A DNA stretch of 64,000 nt from Alphaproteobacteria bacterium (GTDB taxonomy: Bacteria; Pseudomonadota; Alphaproteobacteria; CAAHEQ01; UBA3637). Below, one piece after another: positions 38,472 through 49,003 of the stretch. The position numbers and the translations under genes are program-made. Position 1 is the first letter of the stretch. Every line of letters begins with the position of its first letter. The DNA is taken from assembly GCA_045605805.1 (NCBI GenBank), contig JAZUQR010000010.1, positions 64,001 through 128,000 on the forward strand. Direction: 5' to 3'. The notes under the pieces were generated by a model. That model ran no database searches, was not told the DNA's origin, and worked only from the letters and a program-made list of their open reading frames with translations.

Positions 38472-39059
38472 ATGGCCAAGCGACATTCGTGGTGTGAAAA
38501 TATACGGCGTTTATTCAGAAAACAACTTATTGTCCCAATTATTCGTTCACCTCATCCTCCGGAACATACCGCCAGAGGGGTTGCCATTGGAACGATGTGG
38601 GCTATGACGCCGTTGGTTGGCATTCAGATGTGGCTTGTCACCATGACATGGTTGGGCTTTAAGAAGTTTTCTTCAAAGACTTTTTCTTTGCCATTGGGGT
38701 TGGCTTTTACATGGTTGACCAATGTGTTTACACTTGTCCCTGTCTATTATGCCTTTTATGTGACCGGCCAAATTATGATGGGGCATTGGGAATCTATCAG
38801 CGGTTATGACCATCTTCAAGAAATTATTCGTCAAACCTTTATGGCCAATCTTTCTTTTGTTCAAGAATGGGCTTTGTTTTTTAAGTTGCTGTTAAAAGAT
38901 TGGGGCATTGCCATGGTTGTGGGGTGTTTGCCTTGGGCTGTTGTGGGATATTGGCTTGGTTTTCGTTTAACTTTACAGTTTTTGAAAGACTATCATCTTT
39001 TACGAGAGAAAAGAAGATTAGCCAAACTTCAACGCAGATTAGAGGCAAAACACAAATGA
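38472..39059 (+). CDS. DUF2062 membrane protein
   Basis: P...ARGVAIG...AMTP..G.Q, TW.TN..T..P.Y. Confidence 0.75.
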   Translation: MAKRHSWCENIRRLFRKQLIVPIIRSPHPPEHTARGVAIGTMWAMTPLVGIQMWLVTMTWLGFKKFSSKTFSLPLGLAFTWLTNVFTLVPVYYAFYVTGQIMMGHWESISGYDHLQEIIRQTFMANLSFVQEWALFFKLLLKDWGIAMVVGCLPWAVVGYWLGFRLTLQFLKDYHLLREKRRLAKLQRRLEAKHK

Positions 39060-39700
39060 TTTGTCCATTTTCTTTTCAAAATCTTTCGTTTATTCGGGCC
39101 GGCTTTTTGGATAAAGAGGAAAGTTTAACTTTTTCCCAGCCCATTTTGATGACTCAGGTGCACAGTGCGGATGTCATTGTTTTGAAAGAGCCACCCTCAG
39201 GGGATTTGGTTTGTGATGCATTGGTGACCGATTACCCTGATTTGAAATTGACTGTTAAAACGGCCGATTGTGCGCCAGTGCTGTTTGTGGATGAAGAAAA
39301 GCACATTATCGGGGCAGCCCATGCCGGTTGGAAAGGTGCTTTTCAAGGGGTGATGGAAAATACTGTTTTGAAAATGATTTCTTTGGGGGCTTCTGTGGAT
39401 AAAATTAAAGTGGCGATTGGCCCTCACTTGACCCAAAAAAGTTTTCAGGTTTCTGAGTCTATGCGGGCGCTTTTTCCCAAAACGGAACACCTGTTTTTTC
39501 AAGAATCTGACAAAGGGATTTATTTTGATTTTACGGCTTATTTGAAAAATCGTCTTAACAAAATGGGCATCCAAAATCCAGAAGTGTTTTCTCTTGATAC
39601 TTTTTCAAAAAAGGCTTATAATAGTTATCGCAGAGAGCCAGACAATCCGGCTCGGCAATTCAGTTTTATTCAACTTATTAAAGGAGAGTCACATGTATGA
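39056..39700 (+). CDS. pgeF: YfiH/PgeF family (laccase-like purine nucleoside phosphorylase)
   Basis: QVHS, DALVT, TADCAPV, AHAGWKG, IGP, SYRR. Confidence 0.88.
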   Translation: MICPFSFQNLSFIRAGFLDKEESLTFSQPILMTQVHSADVIVLKEPPSGDLVCDALVTDYPDLKLTVKTADCAPVLFVDEEKHIIGAAHAGWKGAFQGVMENTVLKMISLGASVDKIKVAIGPHLTQKSFQVSESMRALFPKTEHLFFQESDKGIYFDFTAYLKNRLNKMGIQNPEVFSLDTFSKKAYNSYRREPDNPARQFSFIQLIKGESHV

Positions 39701-40592
39701 AAATATAGAGTTTGTTATTTGTGCGGCCGGTGAATGCACTCGCAATTTTCCCCATTCCAAGGCTATTGCACACAAATCTTTGTTGCCGATGGGGGACAAA
39801 CGCATCATTGATTATACTTTGAAAGACATTGTTCAAATGGGGGGGCGGCATGTGACTTTTGTTTGTTCTAATCAACAGGTGGTGGATTCGTTCAAAAAAG
39901 CCTTATCCAATACACCACAAGTGGCCGAAAAATTGCGTTCAAAAGGCAAAAATGATATTGCCGAGATTTTGGAAGATACTTTTTTGCCCGCAGATATGGA
40001 CTTAAAGTTTGCTATTCAAGACGAGCCTTTGGGAACAGCCCATGTTTTGTATGTTGCCAAAGAGGCCATTCAAGACCGACATGTTGTTTTGATTTTCCCA
40101 GATGATATTATCCTTTCACACGATGTTCACAATTCCCATTTCAAACGCCTTGTGGATGCTTTTTTATCCAATCCGAAACAGGTTTTATTGACTGGTTTAT
40201 GGCGGGAAGATGTCAGCAATAATGCTATTATTGAAAACAATCGCATTGTGGAAAAACCCAAAAATCCAACCTCGCACATTGCCGGTATGTCCCCCAATGT
40301 GTTGCCTAATGAAATTGTGAAGTTTTTATGGCAACAAGCCCCTCAACGCTTGCAAGAGGTGAAACAAAATCACAAAGAATGGCTTTACATGGATGCTGTC
40401 AATGACTTTTTGGATCAAGGCGGTGAACAAAATGGCTTTTCTGTGGCGATGTTCTTGAAAGACGATGCCGATGAAATGTTGGATACCGGCAATTTATTCT
40501 TTTATGAACAATGCTGTTTGCAAACACTGCTTAAATGTTCACGCTATAAAGAACAACACACAGAACTTGTGAAAAAACTTTTGACTCTTTAA
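39693..40592 (+). CDS. Sugar-phosphate nucleotidyltransferase, GalU-like
   Basis: AAG..TR..P..K, QDEPLGTAH, FPDD, VEKP, DTG. Confidence 0.75.
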   Translation: MYENIEFVICAAGECTRNFPHSKAIAHKSLLPMGDKRIIDYTLKDIVQMGGRHVTFVCSNQQVVDSFKKALSNTPQVAEKLRSKGKNDIAEILEDTFLPADMDLKFAIQDEPLGTAHVLYVAKEAIQDRHVVLIFPDDIILSHDVHNSHFKRLVDAFLSNPKQVLLTGLWREDVSNNAIIENNRIVEKPKNPTSHIAGMSPNVLPNEIVKFLWQQAPQRLQEVKQNHKEWLYMDAVNDFLDQGGEQNGFSVAMFLKDDADEMLDTGNLFFYEQCCLQTLLKCSRYKEQHTELVKKLLTL

Positions 40593-41053
40593 CGAGAGGT
40601 TAAAACCAGTGTGTATCCATCCGCTGCTGAACTACACTCACCTGCCGTCATATTGGCATAGCTCATTGTTCTTAGGCGGCCACAGGCCAATTCGGTGAGG
40701 CCAGTGACGGTGATTTGATATCCGGCTCCCTCATTGGGGTTATCGTATCGGCTTATGTCTATACCACCATATTCATCCAAAATGACATTGCCGGTGCTAC
40801 ATTCCGTGACGGCATTTTCACAAACAGCCGTGATCATTGCGCTTCTCTCTGGATACTTTCTTGACCATGAATATAAATCTGTCAAACCTTGCGAGATTTC
40901 TTCCAATTGATTGAAGGTGGCGTTGATTTTATACATACTGACACCAAAACCAATGCCCGAGATAGCCCCGTACATGATGATGCCCATAACGGCCAAAACG
41001 CCCAACATTTCCAGCATGGTGCGACCAGATTCATTTTGTTTTATGTTATTCAT
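40589..41053 (-). CDS. Type IV pilin/pseudopilin-like protein
   Basis: NESG|RTMLEMLGVLAVMGII: class III signal with E+5 and hydrophobic helix; four Cys. Confidence 0.7.
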   Translation of the reverse strand: MNNIKQNESGRTMLEMLGVLAVMGIIMYGAISGIGFGVSMYKINATFNQLEEISQGLTDLYSWSRKYPERSAMITAVCENAVTECSTGNVILDEYGGIDISRYDNPNEGAGYQITVTGLTELACGRLRTMSYANMTAGECSSAADGYTLVLTSR

Positions 41054-41068
41054 TTGAAACTCCTTTTT

Positions 41069-41845
41069 TTAACTTTTATACCCCGAAAAGCCAAAACTTT
41101 CAAGTTTTTTTTCTAATTGTTTTTCTTGGAAGATTTTGCGTTGTTTTTTTGAAAACGCAACATTCAATAAATCGGGCGTTAAAACATTTAACTTTTTCAT
41201 CACTTTCAAGATGTGTGTCGCACAGGGGCCTGTGATAATCTTAAACAATTCATCTCTGCGTCTGTCAACCGACAGGTGGCCCAGATGTGGCACAATTTGT
41301 GGCAAAACTTTTACCACCTCTTCCGACACTTTTTTTTGCCCCATTTTGCCCATAAAGCGAAAATATCTGAGGGCTCTTAAATAATCCTCTTGCATCCGTT
41401 TTTTAGGCGAGCCGATAAAGCGAACCGTTTTTATTTTCAAATCATCCAACCCGCCTGTATAATCATAGATTTTACCGTGAATATCGGCATACAGAGCATT
41501 GATGGTAAAATCTCGGCGCTTGGCATCCGTTGCCCACGATTTTGTAAAACCAACCACTGCATGGCGGCCATCGGTTTGAATATCTTTCCTTAATGTGGTT
41601 ATTTCAAACGGTGTACCATTGACTTTGGCCACAATTGTCCCGAAGGCTTTACCAATTGCCAAATACGGCATGTGATTTTTGATTAAAATATCTTCCACTT
41701 CCTGTGGCGTTAAAGGGGTGGCCATATCCCGATCGTTTATTTTTTTGTGCAACAGCCAATCCCGCACACACCCCCCCACCAAACGCACTTGGCCGTTCAG
41801 TATTTTGTGTAAATAGCGTGCTTTTTCATCCCACAGTTGTTGCAT
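41069..41845 (-). CDS. cca: CCA tRNA nucleotidyltransferase (short form)
   Basis: VGGCVRD, DRD.AT, EITTLR, RRDFTINA, EDYLR.LR.FRF. Confidence 0.85.
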   Translation of the reverse strand: MQQLWDEKARYLHKILNGQVRLVGGCVRDWLLHKKINDRDMATPLTPQEVEDILIKNHMPYLAIGKAFGTIVAKVNGTPFEITTLRKDIQTDGRHAVVGFTKSWATDAKRRDFTINALYADIHGKIYDYTGGLDDLKIKTVRFIGSPKKRMQEDYLRALRYFRFMGKMGQKKVSEEVVKVLPQIVPHLGHLSVDRRRDELFKIITGPCATHILKVMKKLNVLTPDLLNVAFSKKQRKIFQEKQLEKKLESFGFSGYKS

Positions 41846-41904
41846 ATTTTTATCATAATCAAAGATTGCTTGCAAATCAAGTGAAAAAAGGATATACTCA
41901 CTTT

Positions 41905-43044
41905 ATGATGATTACAACGACAAAGCAATTACAAGAACTGTGCCATCGCTTTGAAAAGCATCCTTTTATGACGGTGGACACCGAGTTTATTCGTGAGAAA
42001 ACTTATTATCCTCAGGTGTGCCTGATTCAACTTGCCTCACCGGAAGAGGCCGTTTGTGTGGACCCTTTGGTAGAAGGGCTGGATTTATCGCCTTTATTTG
42101 AATTATTCCAAAATACAAATGTGATTAAAGTTTTTCATGCCTGCCGGCAGGATATTGAGATTTTTTATCACCTTTCGCATCAGATTCCCGTGCCGGTGTT
42201 TGACACTCAGGTGGGGGCTATGGTTTGCGGATATGGGGATAATGTCAGCTATCAACAACTTGTCAATGACTTTGTGGGTGTTTCTCTTGACAAAACGATG
42301 CGTGTGACAGATTGGTCTAAACGCCCGCTATCCGATGCACAAGTTCAATATGCCTTGCATGATGTGGTTGAATTGCGCACTGTTTATGAAAAAATGATGA
42401 CCCGTATTTGTGAACAAAACCGATTGGATTGGTTGGCCGAAGAAATGGCGGATCTTGTCAATCCCAAAACTTACGAGCCAGATGTTTATTCGCTTTGGAA
42501 AAAGGTGCGTGTCCCTTTCAAAAAGCCTTTATTGATTCATGTGTTTGCCAGATTATATGCGTGGCGGGAACTGATGGCTCAACAAAAAAACAGACCCAAA
42601 AAGTTTTTTATGAAAGACGAGGCTTTGATTGAATTGGCCGTTCAAATGCCCCAAACTGTGGAACAAATTGATGGGTTGCGTTCTTTTCCAAATAATTTCA
42701 GCAAATCAGACCTTGCCAAAGAGATTATTGCTGTGATTCAACAAGCTAAATCAGACAATCCACAAACCTTTGAACAACCTTGTGAGCTAAGGCCTTTAAC
42801 GCCTAAACAACGCAATTTAGCCGATGTTTTACAACTTGTTTTGAACATTGTTGCCGAAAAGTTTGGTGTGGCCCCAAAGTTGGTTGCCACCAATGCGGAT
42901 ATTCAACAATTTATTCAAACCGGTGATGCGCCGTTCTTAAAGGGATGGCGGCAGAAGGTTTTTGGGGAGGCTGCCCTTGCTATGCAGGCCGGCACCTTAT
43001 CCATTTCATTTGATACCTCTTCGGGCAATATCGTTTTACGATAA
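41905..43044 (+). CDS. rnd: Ribonuclease D
   Basis: DTEFIREKTYYP, KVFHA.RQD, FDTQ, DWSKRPL, YA..DV, HRDC region. Confidence 0.93.
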   Translation: MMITTTKQLQELCHRFEKHPFMTVDTEFIREKTYYPQVCLIQLASPEEAVCVDPLVEGLDLSPLFELFQNTNVIKVFHACRQDIEIFYHLSHQIPVPVFDTQVGAMVCGYGDNVSYQQLVNDFVGVSLDKTMRVTDWSKRPLSDAQVQYALHDVVELRTVYEKMMTRICEQNRLDWLAEEMADLVNPKTYEPDVYSLWKKVRVPFKKPLLIHVFARLYAWRELMAQQKNRPKKFFMKDEALIELAVQMPQTVEQIDGLRSFPNNFSKSDLAKEIIAVIQQAKSDNPQTFEQPCELRPLTPKQRNLADVLQLVLNIVAEKFGVAPKLVATNADIQQFIQTGDAPFLKGWRQKVFGEAALAMQAGTLSISFDTSSGNIVLR

Positions 43045-43055
43045 ATGCCAAAAAA

Positions 43056-43850
43056 TTATTTTCCCTTATTGCTTTTGATGTTTTGCCCCATGTAGACACG
43101 CAAAGTATCTGTGTTTTGAATCTCTTGAATGGCCTTGTCATAACTTTGGCGCATTTGGTCACACATCATATTGTAAAAAACATGTGGCGTGCGTGTTTCA
43201 TAATAATTTTCCATCCCGGAGATATAATCTTCCCGATCATAGATGGACAACGGAATGTAGCCATTTTTATCCAATATCCACGCAGACACCAAACGCCCTG
43301 TTCGCTTATTCCCATCGTTAAAGGGGTGAATTGCCACCGTATTGTAGTTGGCCTCAATCGCTTGCATCACCGGATTATGTGACAGCTTTTGAAACTCTTT
43401 ATTTGGGGCTTCTTCCCAATAAAATGCCGGAATATGATTTTGGTTGATACCATCCACCAAATTTTCCATATGTACGGGGATTTTAATGCTGTTTGACAAG
43501 ATAATGGTGGAATTACGCCAACGGGCGGGCATTGTTCTGAAAACACCACCGATTCTGGGATTTTCCGAAGCAATCAATGCCCCATGTATATCTTTAATAA
43601 ACGGCACTTCTAACACAGTTTTTGGGGCCATCCGAACCATATTATAGGCATTGGTCAAGGCTTGTCTATTTTCTTGTTGTAATTGAAAGGTCACTTTATC
43701 CGGCACAATATCAAAACGGCTTGCCAATTCGGCTGCGCTTTCCCACAATGCCTGTCTTAATTCTTGTTGATATTTACTTTTATTCAACAAAATCTTATAG
43801 GTTTTCTTTTGTTTTTCAATTGCTGCCAATTCTTTTGATAAGTGAGTCAT
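43056..43850 (-). CDS. Fic-domain protein
   Basis: HPFNDGNKRTGR; GGAGG RBS; promoter TTGACA-17-TACAAT at 43877-43905. Confidence 0.88.
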   Translation of the reverse strand: MTHLSKELAAIEKQKKTYKILLNKSKYQQELRQALWESAAELASRFDIVPDKVTFQLQQENRQALTNAYNMVRMAPKTVLEVPFIKDIHGALIASENPRIGGVFRTMPARWRNSTIILSNSIKIPVHMENLVDGINQNHIPAFYWEEAPNKEFQKLSHNPVMQAIEANYNTVAIHPFNDGNKRTGRLVSAWILDKNGYIPLSIYDREDYISGMENYYETRTPHVFYNMMCDQMRQSYDKAIQEIQNTDTLRVYMGQNIKSNKGK

Positions 43851-43908
43851 CACAGCCTCCATATTATATGGCGGTTATTGTACATTCTTTTTGTGTTTTT
43901 GTCAAGTT

Positions 43909-45018
43909 TTATCCAAAAATCTTACCCAACAGGTTCTTAAAATCATCACACAGGCTGGAATCCGATTTATTCAGATTCGCAAACTGTTGCAACAGTTCTT
44001 TTTGTTCGGTCGTTAAATTGGTGGGTGTTTCCACTTGGAAAGTGACATACAAATCGCCAAACCTGTCTGATTTCAAAATCGGCATACCTTTTTTCGCTAT
44101 TTTCACCTGTGTACCCGATTGAAGTCCGGCTTTGATTGTATAGTTTTCGCCTTTGCCGTCCAAAGTGGGGATAAACACCTCTCCACCCAACGCAGCCGTC
44201 ACCATTGGCACCGGCACTTTGATAAACAAATCATTACCTTGGCGTTCAAACAATTTATGCGGTTTGACATTCAAAAAGACATATAAATCGCCTGTTGTAC
44301 CGCCATTTGGCCCCACATCCCCTTCTTCCGAAAGGCGCATTCTGACCCCTGTTTCCACACCGGCAGGAATGGCTATTTCCAATTCTCGTTTTTTACGCAC
44401 ACGCCCTGTGCCAGCACAATCTTCACACGGATGTTTGATTGTTTGGCCTGTTCCATGACAGATTGGACAGGTTGTTTCCATCATAAAAACGCCCTGTCTT
44501 TGACGCACAACGCCCATCCCATTACATGTGGAACAAGTTTGTAAATCTTCACCGCCTGCGCCTTTACAGGCGTCACAGGCCACAAATGTGTTGACATTGA
44601 TTTTTTTCTTTATCCCGTGAAAGGCTTCTTCCAAAGTGATATCCAAATCATATCGCACATCGGCACCATGGGCTTTTTCAGAACGAGGCCGCCCCCGTGC
44701 CATCCCAAACATTTCGGCAAACAAATCTTCAAAGCCAAAGCCGGAAAAATCAAAACCGCCAAAGCCTCCTTGAAAGCCGCCAGCACCCCCCATTCCTGAC
44801 TTAAAGGCTTCGTGTCCCACTCGGTCATAGGTGGCCCGCTTATCGTTATCTTTTAACACCTCATACGCTTCGGCCAATTCTTTGAACTTTTTTTCGGCTT
44901 CGAGATCACCTGCATGATGATCAGGGTGACAACTCATTGCTTTGACACGAAAAGCCCGCTTGATTTCATCAAACGAGGCTGTGCGTTCTACACCCAATGT
45001 TTCATAATAGTCTGCCAT
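43909..45018 (-). CDS. dnaJ: Chaperone DnaJ
   Basis: J-domain HPD, G/F-rich region, four CxxCxGxG. Confidence 0.96.
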   Translation of the reverse strand: MADYYETLGVERTASFDEIKRAFRVKAMSCHPDHHAGDLEAEKKFKELAEAYEVLKDNDKRATYDRVGHEAFKSGMGGAGGFQGGFGGFDFSGFGFEDLFAEMFGMARGRPRSEKAHGADVRYDLDITLEEAFHGIKKKINVNTFVACDACKGAGGEDLQTCSTCNGMGVVRQRQGVFMMETTCPICHGTGQTIKHPCEDCAGTGRVRKKRELEIAIPAGVETGVRMRLSEEGDVGPNGGTTGDLYVFLNVKPHKLFERQGNDLFIKVPVPMVTAALGGEVFIPTLDGKGENYTIKAGLQSGTQVKIAKKGMPILKSDRFGDLYVTFQVETPTNLTTEQKELLQQFANLNKSDSSLCDDFKNLLGKIFG

Positions 45019-45048
45019 TTACATAACCCTTTATGTGTTGATATGTGT

Positions 45049-45080
45049 AAAAAAGGGGTGGCTTTTTTCCACCCCCTTTT
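45049..45080 (-). terminator. Hairpin/terminator between dnaK and dnaJ
   Basis: AAAAGGGGTGG..CCACCCCCTTTT. Confidence 0.7.
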
Positions 45081-45092
45081 CGTTGTTTTTAT

Positions 45093-47003
45093 TTATTTTT
45101 TCACTTCTTCGTAGTCAGCATCTACCACTTCTTCTTGTGGCTTTTCGCCTTCGGAAGCATTGGCTGTGCTGTCACCAGCAGAAGCAGATTGTGCTTCTTG
45201 GGCCGCTTTATACATGGCTTCGCCCATTTTAATGCTGGCGTTTTGAAGAGCTTCTGTTTTTTCTTTGATACGGGCTGTATCATTGGATTCAGAGGCTTCT
45301 TTTAATTCTTTGACGCAGGCTTCAATGGCTTCTTTATCAGCCGGTTGCATTTTATCACCATTTTCTTTTAACATTTTTTCTGTGCTTGCAATCATCGCAT
45401 CCGCATGGTTTTTCGCATCAGCTGCTTCTTTGAATTTCTTATCTTCTTCAGCGTGCGCTTCGGCATCTTTCACCATTTTTTCAATGTCTGCATCAGACAA
45501 ACCGCCAGACGATTGAATGCGAATACTTTGTTCTTTGCCAGTTGCTTTATCTTTTGCTGACACATTCACAATGCCGTTGGCATCAATATCAAAGCTGACT
45601 TCAATTTGCGGCATACCCCGTGGTGCAGGTGGAATCCCCACCAAGTCAAATTGTCCCAACAATTTATTGTCACGAGCAATTTCACGTTCCCCTTGGAACA
45701 CACGAATTGTGACGGCTGTTTGTCCATCTTCTGCGGTTGAGAAGACTTGGGATTTCTTTGTTGGAATGGTTGTGTTGCGTTCAATTAAACGAGTGAACAC
45801 ACCGCCCAATGTTTCAATACCCAATGACAACGGGGTCACATCCAACAACAGAACATCTTTCACATCCCCTTTTAACACACCGCCTTGAATGGCTGCGCCC
45901 ATAGACACAACTTCATCCGGATTCACACCCTTATGGGCTTCTTTACCAAAGAAGTCTTGTACCAATTTTTGAACAGCCGGCATACGGGTCATCCCACCCA
46001 CCAAGATGACTTCGTCAATTTGGTTTTTGGACAGACCAGCATCTTTTAAGGCTTTTTCCATTGGACCTTTGGTGCGTTCCAACAAATCTTCCACCAACGA
46101 TTCCAATTTGGCCCGTGTCATTGAGATATTCAAGTGCTTTGGACCTGTGGCATCGGCTGTAATAAATGGCAAATTGATGTCTGTTTGGTTGGCACTGGAC
46201 AATTCAATTTTTGCTTTTTCGGCTGCTTCTTTCAAGCGTTGCAAGGCCATACGGTCTTGGCGCAAATCAATGCCGTTTTCTTTTTTGAATTCATCGGCCA
46301 AATAATCCATAATGCGAGCATCAAAGTCTTCACCACCCAAGAATGTATCTCCGTTGGTAGATTTCACTTCAAACACACCATCACCAATTTCCAAAATGGA
46401 TACATCAAATGTGCCGCCACCCAAGTCATACACAGCGATTGTGCCAGATTTCTTTTGGTCCATTCCATAGGCCAAAGCGGCTGCGGTTGGTTCGTTGATA
46501 ATGCGCAACACTTCCAAACCGGCAATTTTACCAGCATCTTTTGTGGCTTGACGTTGTGAGTCATCAAAATAAGCCGGCACTGTAATAATTGCCTGTGTGA
46601 TTTTTTCACCCAGATAGGCTTCGGCATCTTCTTTTAATTTTTGCAAAACGAACGCAGACACTTGACTTGGGGCATATTTTTTACCGTCCACTTCCACCCA
46701 AGCATCTCCATTATCGCCAGAGATAATGTGATATGGCACCATATTTTTATCTTTTTCCACCATTTTATCGTCAAACCGACGGCCGATTAAACGCTTGATG
46801 GAATACAGCGTGCCTTGTGGGTTTGTCACTGCTTGACGCTTTGCCGGTTGTCCAACCAAGCGTTCCCCTTTGCTTGTGAAAGCCACGATTGAAGGCGTCG
46901 TTCTTGCCCCTTCTCGGTTTTCCAATACTTTGGCACTTTTGCCATCCATAATAGACATACAAGAGTTTGTTGTCCCTAAGTCAATACCTAATATTTTACT
47001 CAT
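45093..47003 (-). CDS. dnaK: Chaperone DnaK
   Basis: [29 protein letters not shown]. Confidence 0.97.
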   Translation of the reverse strand: MSKILGIDLGTTNSCMSIMDGKSAKVLENREGARTTPSIVAFTSKGERLVGQPAKRQAVTNPQGTLYSIKRLIGRRFDDKMVEKDKNMVPYHIISGDNGDAWVEVDGKKYAPSQVSAFVLQKLKEDAEAYLGEKITQAIITVPAYFDDSQRQATKDAGKIAGLEVLRIINEPTAAALAYGMDQKKSGTIAVYDLGGGTFDVSILEIGDGVFEVKSTNGDTFLGGEDFDARIMDYLADEFKKENGIDLRQDRMALQRLKEAAEKAKIELSSANQTDINLPFITADATGPKHLNISMTRAKLESLVEDLLERTKGPMEKALKDAGLSKNQIDEVILVGGMTRMPAVQKLVQDFFGKEAHKGVNPDEVVSMGAAIQGGVLKGDVKDVLLLDVTPLSLGIETLGGVFTRLIERNTTIPTKKSQVFSTAEDGQTAVTIRVFQGEREIARDNKLLGQFDLVGIPPAPRGMPQIEVSFDIDANGIVNVSAKDKATGKEQSIRIQSSGGLSDADIEKMVKDAEAHAEEDKKFKEAADAKNHADAMIASTEKMLKENGDKMQPADKEAIEACVKELKEASESNDTARIKEKTEALQNASIKMGEAMYKAAQEAQSASAGDSTANASEGEKPQEEVVDADYEEVKK

Positions 47004-47035
47004 TTTTGCTCCTTTGTTAAATAACTTGTGAACAG

Positions 47036-47065
47036 TATATGGGTCATACCATCGTATTTTGCAAC
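47036..47065 (-). promoter_or_regulatory. Putative RpoH (sigma32) promoter of dnaK
   Basis: Minus strand GTTGCAA..CCCATATA resembles the heat-shock consensus. Confidence 0.5.
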
Positions 47066-47133
47066 AGGCAAATGCATTTTTTTCTTTAATTTTTTTATTT
47101 TTTTGATTAAACTGATTCAAAAAAGGATGACAT

Positions 47134-48708
47134 ATGAAACAGATTTTAGATATTTTTTCAACACATTTTGCACAATATGGTGTGTTTTTTCTTGGGGCTT
47201 TATTGGCCGCTATTTCTTTTGGTATATTTTATGGGAAAAATACACAACACATTCGGTTTTATCTTATCAGTCGTGGCTTTTTTGTTTTGGCCTTTGCCGC
47301 ATTTGGTCCTTTGATTGCTCCGTTTTTTCCACTTTTGAATCCGGCTTTTGAGGTCTCTTCGGTTTTACAAAGTGCTTTCGCTTTTTCTTTTTCTTGTGTT
47401 GCTGGTGCTTTTTTTATTGCAAGTCTTTTTGTCAAAGCACCCCGCTCTACCTTATTATTGTTGGTTGTTCCTTTTTTTACCATTGTTTTATTTGCTTTGG
47501 CCTATGGCATTTTCTTTGTCAATATCACCCAAGACACCCATTTTGATATTTCTTTTCTTTTAACCGGTCTTTCTTTGGCTGTGGCTGCCTTTGGATTTTA
47601 CAGCATTTCTGCCTTATCCCAGAAGGCCATCTTTTTTGCGCCACGCATTGCCTTGTGGTTTTTATCCATTTATTATTTATGTCGTGCCACCCATTTAATA
47701 TCCGATGCACAATGGGTTCCTTTGATTTTATATGCCGTTGCGTCTATTGTTGTTTTGATTGCCCAAATCAGCTTCACCGAAGCTATGGCTATCTCGTATC
47801 ATCAGGCCTTGTTAAAAGAACAGAAAAAGAAAACCTTGTTTTGGGATATGGCTCCTTCTCCGATTTTGCTGACCAAACTTTTGGATGATTCGGTGGTGTA
47901 TATGAACACTGCTTGCCAAAAAGTTTTAGGCTTGCGCCAAACTCAGGTTTCAAATATTACTTTTTCAAATTATTTTGTCAATGCCACAAAACGAGATGAA
48001 CTGATTCATCTGACCCGACAAAACGGTATTGTAGATAACTTTGAAGTGGAACTCAATATTCAAAATACTCAAAATAAAACCGTTTGGATTACTCTCTCTT
48101 CTCGTGTGTTTGAAATGGATGGGGATATTTTGCTGTATATCAACTTTACAAACATTACAAACCAAAAAGAGGTGGAAGAAAAACTTTTTATTCAAGCCTC
48201 TACCGATACATTGACCGGCCTTTACAATCGTCGTCAATTTATGGCCCTTTCGCAACAGGTTTTTTTCCTTGCACAACGAGAAGGAACGCCTTATACCGTG
48301 TTGATGGCCGATATTGACCATTTCAAATCTATCAATGACACTTATGGCCATGATGTGGGCGATGTGGTTTTGAAAGGCTTGGCTTCGTTGATGAAACAGA
48401 CTTTACGCAAATCAGATATTATTGCCCGTTGGGGGGGAGAGGAGTTTATTATTTTGCTTCAAAATACACCCCCTGAAAAAGGCCTGTTGGCGGCAGACAA
48501 GTTGCGTTTGGCTGTTCAAGATTTTGCTGTGCCGGTTCAAAATGAAATGTTAAAGTTCACCATCAGCATGGGGGCTTCTGTAAGTCAAATACCTGATGTA
48601 GAAAAACTTCAAAAAGAAGCCGATTTAGCGTTGTATTATTCCAAAGAAAACGGCCGAAATCAAGTGACGCTTTTCAATTCCTCCTTTGGACAGAAAAAAC
48701 CAGAATAG
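47134..48708 (+). CDS. Membrane PAS-GGDEF diguanylate cyclase
   Basis: About 7 TM helices, PAS-like region, [35 protein letters not shown]. Confidence 0.9.
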   Translation: MKQILDIFSTHFAQYGVFFLGALLAAISFGIFYGKNTQHIRFYLISRGFFVLAFAAFGPLIAPFFPLLNPAFEVSSVLQSAFAFSFSCVAGAFFIASLFVKAPRSTLLLLVVPFFTIVLFALAYGIFFVNITQDTHFDISFLLTGLSLAVAAFGFYSISALSQKAIFFAPRIALWFLSIYYLCRATHLISDAQWVPLILYAVASIVVLIAQISFTEAMAISYHQALLKEQKKKTLFWDMAPSPILLTKLLDDSVVYMNTACQKVLGLRQTQVSNITFSNYFVNATKRDELIHLTRQNGIVDNFEVELNIQNTQNKTVWITLSSRVFEMDGDILLYINFTNITNQKEVEEKLFIQASTDTLTGLYNRRQFMALSQQVFFLAQREGTPYTVLMADIDHFKSINDTYGHDVGDVVLKGLASLMKQTLRKSDIIARWGGEEFIILLQNTPPEKGLLAADKLRLAVQDFAVPVQNEMLKFTISMGASVSQIPDVEKLQKEADLALYYSKENGRNQVTLFNSSFGQKKPE

Positions 48709-48721
48709 GAGTTTTGTTATT

Positions 48722-49003
48722 ATGCGTATCAGATTGTTTCCTTTTTTATGCGTTTTGGTGATTGCTTATTTTTCGTATCACACGGTATGGGGAAATCGGG
48801 GCTTTTTTCGCTTATTAGAAATTAAAGACCAGATTCAACAGGCTTCGGCTTTGGCCCAAAAAGTGGCCGAAGAAAAAAAACATCTTCAATATAAAACAAA
48901 CGCCCTTAAAAATCCAAAAGCTATTGATTTAGATATTTTGGAAGAAGAAGCTCTTCGGGTTTTGGGCCAAACACATCGTGATAATCTTATTTTGTTTGAT
49001 TAG
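48722..49003 (+). CDS. ftsB: Septum formation initiator FtsB/DivIC
   Basis: YF.YH...G.RG, coiled coil, D.D.LEE.A...LG. Confidence 0.8.
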   Translation: MRIRLFPFLCVLVIAYFSYHTVWGNRGFFRLLEIKDQIQQASALAQKVAEEKKHLQYKTNALKNPKAIDLDILEEEALRVLGQTHRDNLILFD

